From IMG/VR virus record IMGVR_UViG_3300035682_000039, positions 1 through 60,291 of that record: a DNA stretch of 60,291 nt, one strand, 5' to 3'. Positions 47,244 through 56,944 of the stretch are shown piece by piece. A program made the position numbers and the translations under genes. The DNA is from a virus. Its lineage: Duplodnaviria > Caudoviricetes. The notes beneath the pieces were generated by a model. The model saw only the letters and a program-made list of their open reading frames with translations. It was not told where the DNA came from and did not search any database. Numbering within the stretch: position 1 is the stretch's first letter; the number at the start of each line of letters is the position of its first letter.

Positions 47244-49687
47244 GGTGTTTGTATACAACCAGATGTATTTGCACCTGCTGCTGGTACAACCCAAGTAGTT
47301 AAAGCACCGACTTGAACAGGGGAAGAACGATTAGCAATATCGCCTAAGCCTAAGTCACCACGACCGTTATAACCCCAGCCCCACAGTGTTCCATCTGTTT
47401 TAAGGCATACAGCCATATTACTACCTGCTTTTGGAGTAGACCAATTAGTTAATGCACCAATTTGTTTAGGTGAAGAATAATAAGTAGTATTACCTGTGCC
47501 TGATTGACCATAAGCATTAGCTCCCCAAGACCAAAGTGTTCCATCAGTTTTAGAACACAAAGCAAAAGCTTGACCGCCATCAGGTTTAGACCAATCAGTT
47601 AATGTTCCCACCTGAACTGGTGAAGAACGAGCAACTGTATTATTTTGTCCTAATTGTCCAGCACCATTGTATCCCCAAGCCCACAATGTTCCGTCAGTTT
47701 TAGTACACATTGAAAAATTACCATTTGCTGCTGGTATTTTCCAATTTGTTAACGCCCCAACTTGAACTGGTGATGAACGATTAGCAGTATCGTTTAGACC
47801 TAATCTTCCAGAACCATTGTATCCCCAAGCCCACAATGTTCCGTCTGTTTTAGCACACAAAGCAAAACCAACACCAGAACTTATTGTAGCCCAATCAGTT
47901 AACGCACCAACTTGAACTGGGGAAGAAAGATCAGTTGTATTGTTTTGCCCTAATTGACCAGAACTATTTTTACCCCAACTCCATAAAGTTCCGTCTGTTT
48001 TAGTACAAAAAGAAATATTATTGTTGTTAGATTCTGGTGTTTTCCAATTTGTTAAAGCACCAACCTGAACAGGAGATGAACGGCTTCCAAGAGCATTTAA
48101 TCCTAATTGACCATCATAATTAGAACCCCAAGCCCACAGCTCTCCAGTAGTTTTAACTGCAAGTGTACAATTGCCTGTTGTTACTTTTTTCCAAGTAGTT
48201 AATGCTCCAACTTGTGTAGGAGAAGAACGCCTAGCTGCAGTTCCATCGCCTATCTGTCCTGTATCATTGTTTCCAACAATAAACAACTTACCACTAGGAA
48301 GAGCTGTTACTGTAGCTGTATTAGCAGAGTTAGCTGGTGTTGATCCAATACCATTTGTAGCTGTTACTACGCAACGGAGCGTAGATCCGACATCGGCTGC
48401 TTGAATTGTATAAGTGCTAGATGTCGCACCGACAATATCGCTAGTACCTCGTTGCCATTGATAAGCAAAACTAGATGGGAATTGACCCCATGTACCTGTA
48501 GTAGAAGATAGTGTTTGATCTTCTTGTGCTGTTCCTGAAACAACTGGGACTGTTAGGTTTACTGGGGCGGCGGTTCCTACTCCTTGTATACAACCAACTG
48601 TTTGTACGCCTGCTGCTGGTACAGCCCAACTCGTCAGAGAACCAACTTGGACAGGTGAAGAACGGTTAGCGGTATTGCCTATTCCTAAATGACCAGCACT
48701 ATTATTACCCCAAGTCCATATTGTTCCGTCTGTTTTAGTACAAGCACTATTTGTATTTCCAGCCTGCGGGGTTACCCAATTAGTTAATGATCCAACTTGT
48801 ACTGGAGAAGAACGATTATATACGTTCCCTATTCCTAAATTACCAAAACCACCATAACCCCATGACCATAATGTTCCATCTGTTTTAGCACATAAAGAAA
48901 ATCCACCTCCAGATGTTGGAGTTTTCCAATTGGTTAATGCGCCAACTTGGACAGGTGAAGAACGAGATACAGTATCACCAGTTCCTAATTGACCACTAGA
49001 ATTTAGACCCCATGCCCATAATGTGCCATCGGTTTTAATACATAAAGACAGACTGCCACCAACGGATGGTGTAGCCCAAGTAGTCAGAGAACCAACTTGG
49101 ACAGGTGAAGAACGATTGGCGGTGTCACCTAATCCTAATACACCATTAGTATTTCTACCCCATGCAAAAAGTTTGCCATTGTCAACAGCTAAAGCATTAT
49201 AAGCATTTGCTGCTGATACTGCAGTCCATGTTGTTGATGATCCAATTTGAACTGGGGAAGAACGATTAGCAGTATCGCCTAATCCAATTTGACCAAATTG
49301 ATTTCTACCCCATGACCATAAAGTTCCATCTGTTTTAATACAAAAAGATATATTATCGCCACCAACAACAGGTGTTTTCCAGTCTGTCAAAGCACCTACT
49401 TGAACAGGAGATGAACGAGCAATTGTATTATTGTGTCCTAATCCACCATAATTAGCAAAACCCCATGTCCATAAAGTTCCGTCTGATTGAGTTGCAATCG
49501 TGTGGTTACCTGTTGATAATTTTGTCCAAGTAGTCAAAGCTCCTACTTGAACTGGTGAAGAACGATATATTACGTTTCCTGTGCCTAATGCACCAGCAAA
49601 ATTATCAGCCCACATAAACAACTTACCGCTAATAATAGCGGGACCACCAGCACTTTTAGCAAATAAGAAATTACGAGAACCGAACAT
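47240..49687 (-). CDS. RCC1/BLIP-II repeat protein (two propeller blocks), putative tail/receptor-binding protein
   Basis: Repeated KTDGTLWxWGxNxxGxLG...RSSPVQVG; Ig-like spacer (YQWQR...LRCVVTATN). Confidence 0.85.
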   Translation of the reverse strand: MFGSRNFLFAKSAGGPAIISGKLFMWADNFAGALGTGNVIYRSSPVQVGALTTWTKLSTGNHTIATQSDGTLWTWGFANYGGLGHNNTIARSSPVQVGALTDWKTPVVGGDNISFCIKTDGTLWSWGRNQFGQIGLGDTANRSSPVQIGSSTTWTAVSAANAYNALAVDNGKLFAWGRNTNGVLGLGDTANRSSPVQVGSLTTWATPSVGGSLSLCIKTDGTLWAWGLNSSGQLGTGDTVSRSSPVQVGALTNWKTPTSGGGFSLCAKTDGTLWSWGYGGFGNLGIGNVYNRSSPVQVGSLTNWVTPQAGNTNSACTKTDGTIWTWGNNSAGHLGIGNTANRSSPVQVGSLTSWAVPAAGVQTVGCIQGVGTAAPVNLTVPVVSGTAQEDQTLSSTTGTWGQFPSSFAYQWQRGTSDIVGATSSTYTIQAADVGSTLRCVVTATNGIGSTPANSANTATVTALPSGKLFIVGNNDTGQIGDGTAARRSSPTQVGALTTWKKVTTGNCTLAVKTTGELWAWGSNYDGQLGLNALGSRSSPVQVGALTNWKTPESNNNNISFCTKTDGTLWSWGKNSSGQLGQNNTTDLSSPVQVGALTDWATISSGVGFALCAKTDGTLWAWGYNGSGRLGLNDTANRSSPVQVGALTNWKIPAANGNFSMCTKTDGTLWAWGYNGAGQLGQNNTVARSSPVQVGTLTDWSKPDGGQAFALCSKTDGTLWSWGANAYGQSGTGNTTYYSSPKQIGALTNWSTPKAGSNMAVCLKTDGTLWGWGYNGRGDLGLGDIANRSSPVQVGALTTWVVPAAGANTSGCIQTP

Positions 49688-49698
49688 TATCGAATCCC

Positions 49699-50553
49699 TT
49701 ATGAAAGGTTTTGAATAGCACTACCATACCAAGTAGAACCAACCGCTATAAAGCTGATGAGGTCTACTGCCGATGCTGTGGCTGTGATTGTAGGAGCTGT
49801 ACCGCCAGCAAATTGAACACCTGTAAAGGTTGCCGTTGTCATGCCTGTAGCTGCTTGGGTAAGTCTTAGGATAAACGATGTACCAGCAGTAGCCGTTGGC
49901 ATCGTAAAGGTACAAGGTGTCGATGCAGTCAATGTAGCGGTTTGGACTGTACCTGTAGTAATAACGAATGTATGCGATGCACCAACTGTACCGATAGCTA
50001 CGACTGTTTCTGTGTAGCCTGTAAGGGTAGAAGTAATGATGGTTGGTGATGTACTTAATACGACTGCCGTAGAACCTGTCGATGCAGTAACACCTGTACC
50101 GCCAGAAGCTACTGGTAGGGCTGAACCAAGAGTCAAAGAACTTAAATGAGTGATTGCATCCACTACGTTTGTACCGTTATTAAAGACAAACATTGACTTA
50201 CCAGCAGGGACTGCAATTCCAGTACCAGACGTGTTCTTTACTGTAACGGCATCTGCTAATCCGTTGTTAATAAGGTACAACTTCTCAATTTGACAACCTG
50301 AACCAAGGATTAAGTTCCTTGCCCCGCCAGAAGTTCCTGTAAGGTTTAGTCGTAAGTTACGAGCTGTTTGAGCCGCATTGCTATCCGTAAGGGTAACTGT
50401 AACGTCTGCACTAGAAAAAGCGACATCCGCAGATCCTGTGATTGCTTCGCTAATTGCGACAGAGAAGTTGTTGTTGGTCGTGGTTCCCCATGTACCTGTC
50501 TGGTCACCTGTACCAATCAGCTCTATTTTAAGATCACTATATGTCGATGCCAT
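49699..50553 (-). CDS. Putative tail fibre protein
   Basis: MASTYS..ELIGTGDQTGTWGTTTNNN; LPVASGGTG; PTIT....DLISF. Confidence 0.7.
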   Translation of the reverse strand: MASTYSDLKIELIGTGDQTGTWGTTTNNNFSVAISEAITGSADVAFSSADVTVTLTDSNAAQTARNLRLNLTGTSGGARNLILGSGCQIEKLYLINNGLADAVTVKNTSGTGIAVPAGKSMFVFNNGTNVVDAITHLSSLTLGSALPVASGGTGVTASTGSTAVVLSTSPTIITSTLTGYTETVVAIGTVGASHTFVITTGTVQTATLTASTPCTFTMPTATAGTSFILRLTQAATGMTTATFTGVQFAGGTAPTITATASAVDLISFIAVGSTWYGSAIQNLS

Positions 50554-50586
50554 AATTTGTCCTTACTTTATTTAATAATATCCATT

Positions 50587-50952
50587 TTACGCTGCTATTT
50601 CAACCCAATTCGGGGTCTGGTTGTCATTAATGGTGATCCAAACCGTTACCGATGTGACACTAGCCGTACCGCTAACACCCACCACATTTACAGGTGTAAT
50701 AACATTTACATTAACCGTTCCAACAGACCCTGTAGCTTGCAGACCCGTAACTGGGGTATTAGCTGCTCCTGCTACAGAAACTGATCCTACAAAAACTGTA
50801 CCCGCTACGCCTGTAACTTCTATGGGATTTAGTATAAAAGTCACAGAACCTACTGCTCCTGTGGCTACAACTGATACATTCCCCTCCCCCCAAGCTGCGC
50901 TTCCCCACCCCTGACTACCAAACCCGCCTAGGGCTATAGTGACATCGCTCAT
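50587..50952 (-). CDS. GWG / VTGV-repeat virion protein (short)
   Basis: GWGSAAWG; V-T-G-V repeats; INDNQTPNW. Confidence 0.7.
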   Translation of the reverse strand: MSDVTIALGGFGSQGWGSAAWGEGNVSVVATGAVGSVTFILNPIEVTGVAGTVFVGSVSVAGAANTPVTGLQATGSVGTVNVNVITPVNVVGVSGTASVTSVTVWITINDNQTPNWVEIAA

Positions 50953-51968
50953 GCTGCTGTCCTAATTAATGTCCAATTTGGGTTCTGACTATCATCAATT
51001 AAACTCCAAACCAAAACACTTCCTACTTGTCCTGTGCCTTGTACTCCCGTTACGCTTATGTTAGCAGAAGCAATAGTTGTTACGCTACCTACACTAACCG
51101 TACCTGCAACGCCTGTAACTAAAACTTCAATACTGGGGGTAACTACTACCGTCCCTACTGCCACAGTCCCTGCTACGCCTACAACGTCTACAACTGCCGT
51201 ACCTGTTACAGAAGCCGTACCAAGCGCAACTGTTCCAGCAACTCCTACGACAAAGACGCCAACACCTTCTTGAACCGTTACTGAGCCTACATTGCCTGTC
51301 GCAGATACTCCTGTAACCGCAACATCAGCCCCAGCTTGTGCTACAACAGAACCTACATTTGCTGTACCAGAAACCCCAGTAACATCAACTAAAAGCGACC
51401 CATCAATTTCTACACTGCCTATCGCTCCAAAACCGCTAACTCCCGTTACAGCAACATTTGCTCCAGCCGTTACAGTAACCGACCCTACCGATCCTGTGCC
51501 TGACAACCCAGAAACTGAAACATCAGCACCAGCCTGTGCGTTAACAGAACCTACAAAACCTGTTCCAGAAACCCCTACAACTGCAACACTAGAACCTTCC
51601 TGAACCGTTACTGAACCAATCTGTCCTGTACTGGTTACTCCAGTTACATCTACAACTGCCGTTCCCGTTACCGTTGCGCTGCCTAGCTGCCCTGTACCAA
51701 AAACACCTACTAAATTAACGTTTACATTTTCAGTAGTCTGAACAGTTACAGAACCAAGCTGCGTTGTGCCTACTACACTAGCGCTACCTTGACCCCAAGG
51801 GCTTTCACCCCATCCACCATAACCCCAGCCACCTAATATAACTACTACATCAACGTATGCTTCGCCCCACGGACCGCCACCCCAGTCGCCTCTACCCCAA
51901 CCAGTATTGAGGTCTCCCCAAGCATCAGCGCCCCATGCGCCTTCACCCCACCCATAATTGGTTGACAC
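50949..51968 (-). CDS. GWG / VTGV-repeat virion protein (long)
   Basis: WG repeats then ~23-aa VxGVxxTGxVGSV repeats; IDDSQNPNW. Confidence 0.75.
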   Translation of the reverse strand: MSTNYGWGEGAWGADAWGDLNTGWGRGDWGGGPWGEAYVDVVVILGGWGYGGWGESPWGQGSASVVGTTQLGSVTVQTTENVNVNLVGVFGTGQLGSATVTGTAVVDVTGVTSTGQIGSVTVQEGSSVAVVGVSGTGFVGSVNAQAGADVSVSGLSGTGSVGSVTVTAGANVAVTGVSGFGAIGSVEIDGSLLVDVTGVSGTANVGSVVAQAGADVAVTGVSATGNVGSVTVQEGVGVFVVGVAGTVALGTASVTGTAVVDVVGVAGTVAVGTVVVTPSIEVLVTGVAGTVSVGSVTTIASANISVTGVQGTGQVGSVLVWSLIDDSQNPNWTLIRTAA

Positions 51969-51978
51969 CTAACCATTC

Positions 51979-52416
51979 CTAGGCAATGCGGATAATTGCG
52001 TTGCTTGCGTCTGCTGTTGGGAACACAATCGTAAACGTACCTGCTGTGGAGGTTTTAGCACCGCCAAAATCAAGGATACATACTGAAGGATCGCCAGCTG
52101 CTGTGTCGTTATAAATCATTGCACCAAATGCTGTAATGGTTGCAGATGTAAATGACAAGTCAGCAAAGTCGGTAAACGCTGTAGTTCCTGACGATGTTGG
52201 TGTAACGTTAGTCAGCGTACCGCCACCAGCAGAATAAGTACCAGAAGCAGCTACTTCGTTTGTGGCTGTATACGCAGTAGTCGCAGCCGTGAATGACGCT
52301 GAGTTGTCATACATTGCTAATTTAAAAGTATTACCAGTACCAGTTGTAAAGTTGTGCGTTGCTGTCATTAGCTGTACTTTGAAGCTAGTACACATAAAGT
52401 TGCCTGTAAATGCCAT
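51979..52416 (-). CDS. Conserved virion protein
   Basis: MCTSFK, FKLAMY, YSAGG, LDFGG, FPTAD..AIIRIA. Confidence 0.75.
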   Translation of the reverse strand: MAFTGNFMCTSFKVQLMTATHNFTTGTGNTFKLAMYDNSASFTAATTAYTATNEVAASGTYSAGGGTLTNVTPTSSGTTAFTDFADLSFTSATITAFGAMIYNDTAAGDPSVCILDFGGAKTSTAGTFTIVFPTADASNAIIRIA

Positions 52417-52425
52417 TTTGGACTC

Positions 52426-52713
52426 CTATTCGTCTAAAAGTTTAATTAATTCAGGATGACCAGCTTCCCTTAGCTTGTGAGCTAGTGTTACACGATCAAA
52501 TTTTACTACTTCATTCATGTAAAAGACTAGAACTTCCCGAATATGATTACGAAAAGCAGTCGCCTGCTCCCGAACCAAGGGATGAGACTGATCTCCCACC
52601 TGAATGATTTTGTCTAATGCCCGTTCAGCAACTTCCTCTGGAGTAAAGCCACCGTGGTCTTTTGTAAATACTTGAATCCCGCTAGACTCGCCTAGCCCTT
52701 GTACACTAATCAT
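52426..52713 (-). CDS. Conserved hypothetical protein
   Basis: GFTPEEVAE...QATAFR. Confidence 0.7.
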   Translation of the reverse strand: MISVQGLGESSGIQVFTKDHGGFTPEEVAERALDKIIQVGDQSHPLVREQATAFRNHIREVLVFYMNEVVKFDRVTLAHKLREAGHPELIKLLDE

Positions 52714-53369
52714 CTGACTGGATACCTTACTTGTCCACTTCTGTAGGCGTCTTGACGGTTCTTACCATCGCCTAATTGCTTGAGTTCTGCCATTGCATCG
52801 TCATAACGGGATTTATAGACCGTCATAGTATCAGCGTCCGACTTCATAAATAAAGCTGCTTCTAATAAAGACCCATAAAGGAGCGCAGAGTCAAAGTTTG
52901 TTCCAAGCCAAGTTGTACCTGCCGTCACAATAGACTCTGGATAGTAGAAATAATGCAGTTCTACGGCATAGTTTGCGTCTGGGGTAGGTCCAAGAATAAA
53001 GGTGTTGTCGTCAAATACAGCGTAATACTCTGGTTTGGCGTAGAAGGCTGCATCCGTGTCTGGGTAGGATTCACGGATAAAGTTAACGTCTTTATTCAAT
53101 AGGTAGTGGTACTCGTTTGCCGTATTAATTACTGCAAGGCTAAAGGTAGATAACCAGTCAGAAGGAGTTGCTAAGTACTTATTGCCCGTGGTAAGACCAC
53201 CCGTAACGTTCTTGCGGATAGCAGGTAACTGCACCATGTTATAGATGCGTTGCTCCGCCAACTGTACAAACCTAGCAATCTGCTCGGCAGACGTAAACGA
53301 CCCGACTGTCGCTGGGAAGTCATTCTCAGCAAAGCCTTTAATGGCAGTAGTTAACTGCGTGTAATTCAT
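52710..53369 (-). CDS. Putative head-tail adaptor / tail tubular protein
   Basis: MNYTQL, AEQRI, LGPTPD, LLYGSLLEA. Confidence 0.65.
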   Translation of the reverse strand: MNYTQLTTAIKGFAENDFPATVGSFTSAEQIARFVQLAEQRIYNMVQLPAIRKNVTGGLTTGNKYLATPSDWLSTFSLAVINTANEYHYLLNKDVNFIRESYPDTDAAFYAKPEYYAVFDDNTFILGPTPDANYAVELHYFYYPESIVTAGTTWLGTNFDSALLYGSLLEAALFMKSDADTMTVYKSRYDDAMAELKQLGDGKNRQDAYRSGQVRYPVR

Positions 53370-53635
53370 CCCATCTTCCCACTAGACATACGACCTTTAG
53401 TTGCTGCACCAGCACCACGCATCTCAATCTTGCCGTATTGGTTTATAGGTTTACCCTTAAACTTACTAATCCCGCCAACAGAAATATCCATAGTAGCCAT
53501 TTCTTCTGCGCCAGTCATACCTTTGGAAGTTAGTCCTTTAGCAGAGATTGTCTTGCCCTTCATTGTATGGGGAGTAGCATAGACTTTAGCGTCTCCAACT
53601 TCCTTGCCCATAACTTTTTTAGAGAACTTAGCCAT
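53366..53635 (-). CDS. Small Lys/Gly-rich protein
   Basis: MRGAGAATKG. Confidence 0.65.
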   Translation of the reverse strand: MAKFSKKVMGKEVGDAKVYATPHTMKGKTISAKGLTSKGMTGAEEMATMDISVGGISKFKGKPINQYGKIEMRGAGAATKGRMSSGKMG

Positions 53636-53844
53636 TATCGACCTCTTCCTGCGGATTTACGCATCATTTGGTTTTGGACTTTTGCTAAACCACGTCCAAT
53701 TTTCTTCATTACCATCTGGTCTTTACCGCCCATCTTTGGCTTTGCCTTCATGCCCAAGACTGTAGGACCTGAGTCACCTAAATTCTTGCCTTCAGTCTTG
53801 CCTTTTTTAGCAATTCCATCTGCGCTTTTCTTAAACATTTTCAA
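53635..53844 (-). CDS. Small Lys-rich protein
   Basis: ADGIAKKGKT; KIGRGLAKV. Confidence 0.65.
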   Translation of the reverse strand: MKMFKKSADGIAKKGKTEGKNLGDSGPTVLGMKAKPKMGGKDQMVMKKIGRGLAKVQNQMMRKSAGRGR

Positions 53845-53848
53845 CTCC

Positions 53849-54271
53849 TTATGTTGTTGTTACCGTTACACTACCTACCTGACCTTCTGGGGCTAAGTTG
53901 TTGGGGGTTAATCCATCATCTCTAGACCCACCAACAGGGTTCCATCCCCACTGGAAAATCCTACTACCGCCCTCTGGAAAACCAACACCAGCTTCAGTAT
54001 TATCGTTGCTTCCGTTAAGTTGTAAACCGCTTGTTCCAGATACTGTATAGCTTACATCAGGGCGTGGTTCCCGTACAGCCTGTGGATCGTCCACTGGGTA
54101 CATACCTAACGACAACTGTGGCTGATCTGGATCCCAACAGCTAGGGCAAACCTTAATATTTTTTACTTGCTGCTTAACAATTAACTTTCTAAGCTCTTTT
54201 AGCTTATACCGCTGACCGCATCGGTCACATTCGGCAATCGCAAATTTTCCACTACTAAATTTATTAGGCAT
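53849..54271 (-). CDS. Conserved Cys-motif protein
   Basis: CDRCG...VCPSCWDPDQPQ..DPQAVREPRPD. Confidence 0.75.
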   Translation of the reverse strand: MPNKFSSGKFAIAECDRCGQRYKLKELRKLIVKQQVKNIKVCPSCWDPDQPQLSLGMYPVDDPQAVREPRPDVSYTVSGTSGLQLNGSNDNTEAGVGFPEGGSRIFQWGWNPVGGSRDDGLTPNNLAPEGQVGSVTVTTT

Positions 54272-55190
54272 AGAAGGTCGTCCTAGGAACGAACCTAGAA
54301 GCGGCTTTTTCTCTGTCCTCCGTAGAAGCCATGAGCCACTGCTCCTCGTATTCTTGCTTTAAAAATTGCACTCGTGCCTGTCCATCTGGTAGCTTTTGAG
54401 CCATATAGAAAGCCAATCCTGCCACCATACAAGGTAATAGGCGAAAGGGAATATCAGGCTCTACCGCTCCATTAGATCCAGCATCTTGAATCCTACGCAA
54501 CCTCCAGTACACAAAGGTATAAGGACCACCACCAGCATCGGGCGTGGGCCAAACGTTAATAGAAGGAAGGTTCTGTATCGTAATAGCCGCACCTGTTGTA
54601 TGAGCAGCCGCTGTAGTGCCGTTTTGACCACGGTAGCAGTTGGTTAATACATTTCCTACTACGTTAGCGTAGCTGATTGTCTCATTGTCAATTTTGACAA
54701 ATCCACCGATTGGAAGGGCGCTGGCGTCACTAACGGTGATAGATGTGGTCACAGCATCAATCGTGCCGTTTAAGGTCACAGCGGTCGAATTAGACTGTCC
54801 TGTCTGGCGGTTAAACCAAACTTGAATAGGACGCCCAGTAGTTAGCTTATTAGGAATCGTAGAGTAGGTAGACTCTGAAATACGGCTAATATTGATGTCA
54901 ATCTGATTGCTGGTAACACCGTTATTCTGACGGACTACATGGTCTAATAGATCAATTGTGTTGACTGGAATAGGATAGATACCTTGCCCAGTAACCATTG
55001 CAATTTGACCCTGCTCGATTGTCCAGAGGTTAATACCACGGTTAGCCCATTCAACCGTCAATAGGTTCAGGGATCTGCGGGCAGTTCGCATATCGTAACC
55101 AGTACGCAATTCCGTACCACAACGCTCAAAAGCCTCTTCAATGAGGTTATTAAGGTCTAGATTAAACGCAGAAGTTCCTGAAGTACTCAT
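54264..55190 (-). CDS. Putative head-tail connector protein
   Basis: IEEAFERCG, ARRSLNLL, WANRGINLW, WPTPD, GLAFY. Confidence 0.65.
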   Translation of the reverse strand: MSTSGTSAFNLDLNNLIEEAFERCGTELRTGYDMRTARRSLNLLTVEWANRGINLWTIEQGQIAMVTGQGIYPIPVNTIDLLDHVVRQNNGVTSNQIDINISRISESTYSTIPNKLTTGRPIQVWFNRQTGQSNSTAVTLNGTIDAVTTSITVSDASALPIGGFVKIDNETISYANVVGNVLTNCYRGQNGTTAAAHTTGAAITIQNLPSINVWPTPDAGGGPYTFVYWRLRRIQDAGSNGAVEPDIPFRLLPCMVAGLAFYMAQKLPDGQARVQFLKQEYEEQWLMASTEDREKAASRFVPRTTFYA

Positions 55191-55435
55191 ATTTTCCTAT
55201 ATGGTTTTACTTTTGCTTTTACCTTTTTGGGCTGTGGCACGAACTGTTTTCCCTGTGCTTTGCCCGCCCGCTTTGCTCGTGTTGTTGCTGCGTACTCGGC
55301 TGGGCTTAGTGCCTGTATTGCTTTTTTTGGCAGGTATCTTTCGCCCGTCTCGGACGACTTCTTCCCTGACTTGGTTGTCCATTTCTGTTCTCCCCAAGCC
55401 TTTAAAGAACGCTGAGATTTTGCCAATCCACTCAT
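55187..55435 (-). CDS. Small basic conserved protein (DUF5872-like)
   Basis: QRSLKAWGEQKWTTKSGK, GERYLP. Confidence 0.7.
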   Translation of the reverse strand: MSGLAKSQRSLKAWGEQKWTTKSGKKSSETGERYLPKKAIQALSPAEYAATTRAKRAGKAQGKQFVPQPKKVKAKVKPYRKI

Positions 55436-55704
55436 TTATAGCCACCGCCAGCTGCCTTATATTTTTTAGCTACCAACTGCGCTTTTCTAGCTGACCACTG
55501 ACCTGCGCCAGTACCATGTGTTGCAGCTGCTTTTACCTGAGAAACAATCCGTTTACGTAAACTGGGTTTAGTGTAATTACCCGCAGCATTGACTTTACCG
55601 CCTTCTTTGTATTGAGTAAAGTCAGTATCGTCCCTACGAGCTTTCTTAACTCCTCTGCCCATTTTGGTTGGCATAATTGCCCCCATCCCACGACTTGGTC
55701 TCAT
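55432..55704 (-). CDS. Small basic protein
   Basis: MRPSRGMG, YKEGGKV, GQWSARKAQ. Confidence 0.7.
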   Translation of the reverse strand: MRPSRGMGAIMPTKMGRGVKKARRDDTDFTQYKEGGKVNAAGNYTKPSLRKRIVSQVKAAATHGTGAGQWSARKAQLVAKKYKAAGGGYK

Positions 55705-56222
55705 GCTCTTGTCTTTCCTCTAATTGCTATACCGTCTGCTCGTTTAGAAGCCATGCCACCAGCTTTCATTTTCTTGGCTGAAAATAGTTTCTCAACCATA
55801 GATATTCTCTGGGGTTTAGTTGTTGCTTTACTGACAATCTTTTCTCGTTCTGACTTAGTTGTGCCTTTTGCATAAAAACCAGCACTTTTCAATACTTTAG
55901 AAACTTTGCCACCAGCTTTAAACGGTTTATCTAGACCCTTCATACCAGTAAAATCACCACCGCCACCGCCACCAGTAGGCTTAGATAGTCTGCCCATATC
56001 TTGTAGCCTTTCGGTATAAGTGCGTGGGCTTTCAGCTTTAGCTTTAGCTCTTTGCTCTTCTGCCATTTTACTTGCTTCAGCCTTAGCTTTTTCGTTATTT
56101 TGCTTCACTTTTTCTGCCGCCTTATCGTACTCGCTAGGGCCGAACTTTTCCTTGGGAGGAGTGTATTTATCACTCTTACCATCTCCAACCTTTTTAGAGG
56201 GGTCAATAGGCTCTATTGGCAT
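55701..56222 (-). CDS. Lys-rich protein with shared C-terminal tag
   Basis: Ends ASKRADGIAIRGKTRA. Confidence 0.7.
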   Translation of the reverse strand: MPIEPIDPSKKVGDGKSDKYTPPKEKFGPSEYDKAAEKVKQNNEKAKAEASKMAEEQRAKAKAESPRTYTERLQDMGRLSKPTGGGGGGDFTGMKGLDKPFKAGGKVSKVLKSAGFYAKGTTKSEREKIVSKATTKPQRISMVEKLFSAKKMKAGGMASKRADGIAIRGKTRA

Positions 56223-56944
56223 TACGCTCTAGTCTTTCCACGAATAGCAATACCATCAGCTCGCTTAGATGCTGAAGATACTTTACCGCCTTTTTTCATA
56301 CCCATTTCTTGCTCAAAAGATGATTCACCCTCAGAGTATCTTGGATATTTTCTGGCCATACTTACCGCATCTTTGGCAATTCTACCTTGGGGCGTCATAT
56401 CCATAAGCCTTTTTCCAGCAGCCATAGCGGTACTTTTTACTTTTTCAAGTGCTTGATTTCTGCTTCTTTCTGCTGGATTACGCATTTGCGAATCCACAAC
56501 CTTACGATAATCTTCTGATCCTGGTTCTAAGCCGAATCTCTGTGCTTTATCATGTGCTTGTGGAAAACTAGATGCTTTTTTACCAGATAATGTTTCTACT
56601 GCACTTTCATAGTCTGGAGTACCTTTTTTAAATCCAATACTTAAAGCACGTTGCTCTGGTGTTCTTTCAGAAGTAAATCCACCTTCGTCAAATTTACGCA
56701 TCTTTTTCACTTTTCCACCCTTTTTGTAACCAGCACTTTGATATGCTTCGCCTTCTCTGGCAGAAGCAGGCACAGTTTCCCGTAAGGCTTTGCCAGCCCT
56801 TATTTGGTCACGAGCATCTTTAGCCATCGTTGTTGAAATTTTGGAAAGAAGATCCTTTTCACCCTCAATACCCTCAACCATCATTTTACGTGATTTGTTG
56901 AGCTTCTCAGTCTCTTTGTCAGTAGGTTTACGATAATTAGGCAT
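56222..56944 (-). CDS. Lys-rich protein with shared C-terminal tag
   Basis: Likely start MPNYRKP; ends KKGGKVSSASKRADGIAIRGKTRA. Confidence 0.7.
   Translation of the reverse strand: MPNYRKPTDKETEKLNKSRKMMVEGIEGEKDLLSKISTTMAKDARDQIRAGKALRETVPASAREGEAYQSAGYKKGGKVKKMRKFDEGGFTSERTPEQRALSIGFKKGTPDYESAVETLSGKKASSFPQAHDKAQRFGLEPGSEDYRKVVDSQMRNPAERSRNQALEKVKSTAMAAGKRLMDMTPQGRIAKDAVSMARKYPRYSEGESSFEQEMGMKKGGKVSSASKRADGIAIRGKTRA

Noticed and set aside
47240-49687. Diversity-generating retroelement target
   Set aside because: No reverse transcriptase and no non-coding template repeat; the repeats are ordinary RCC1 blades.
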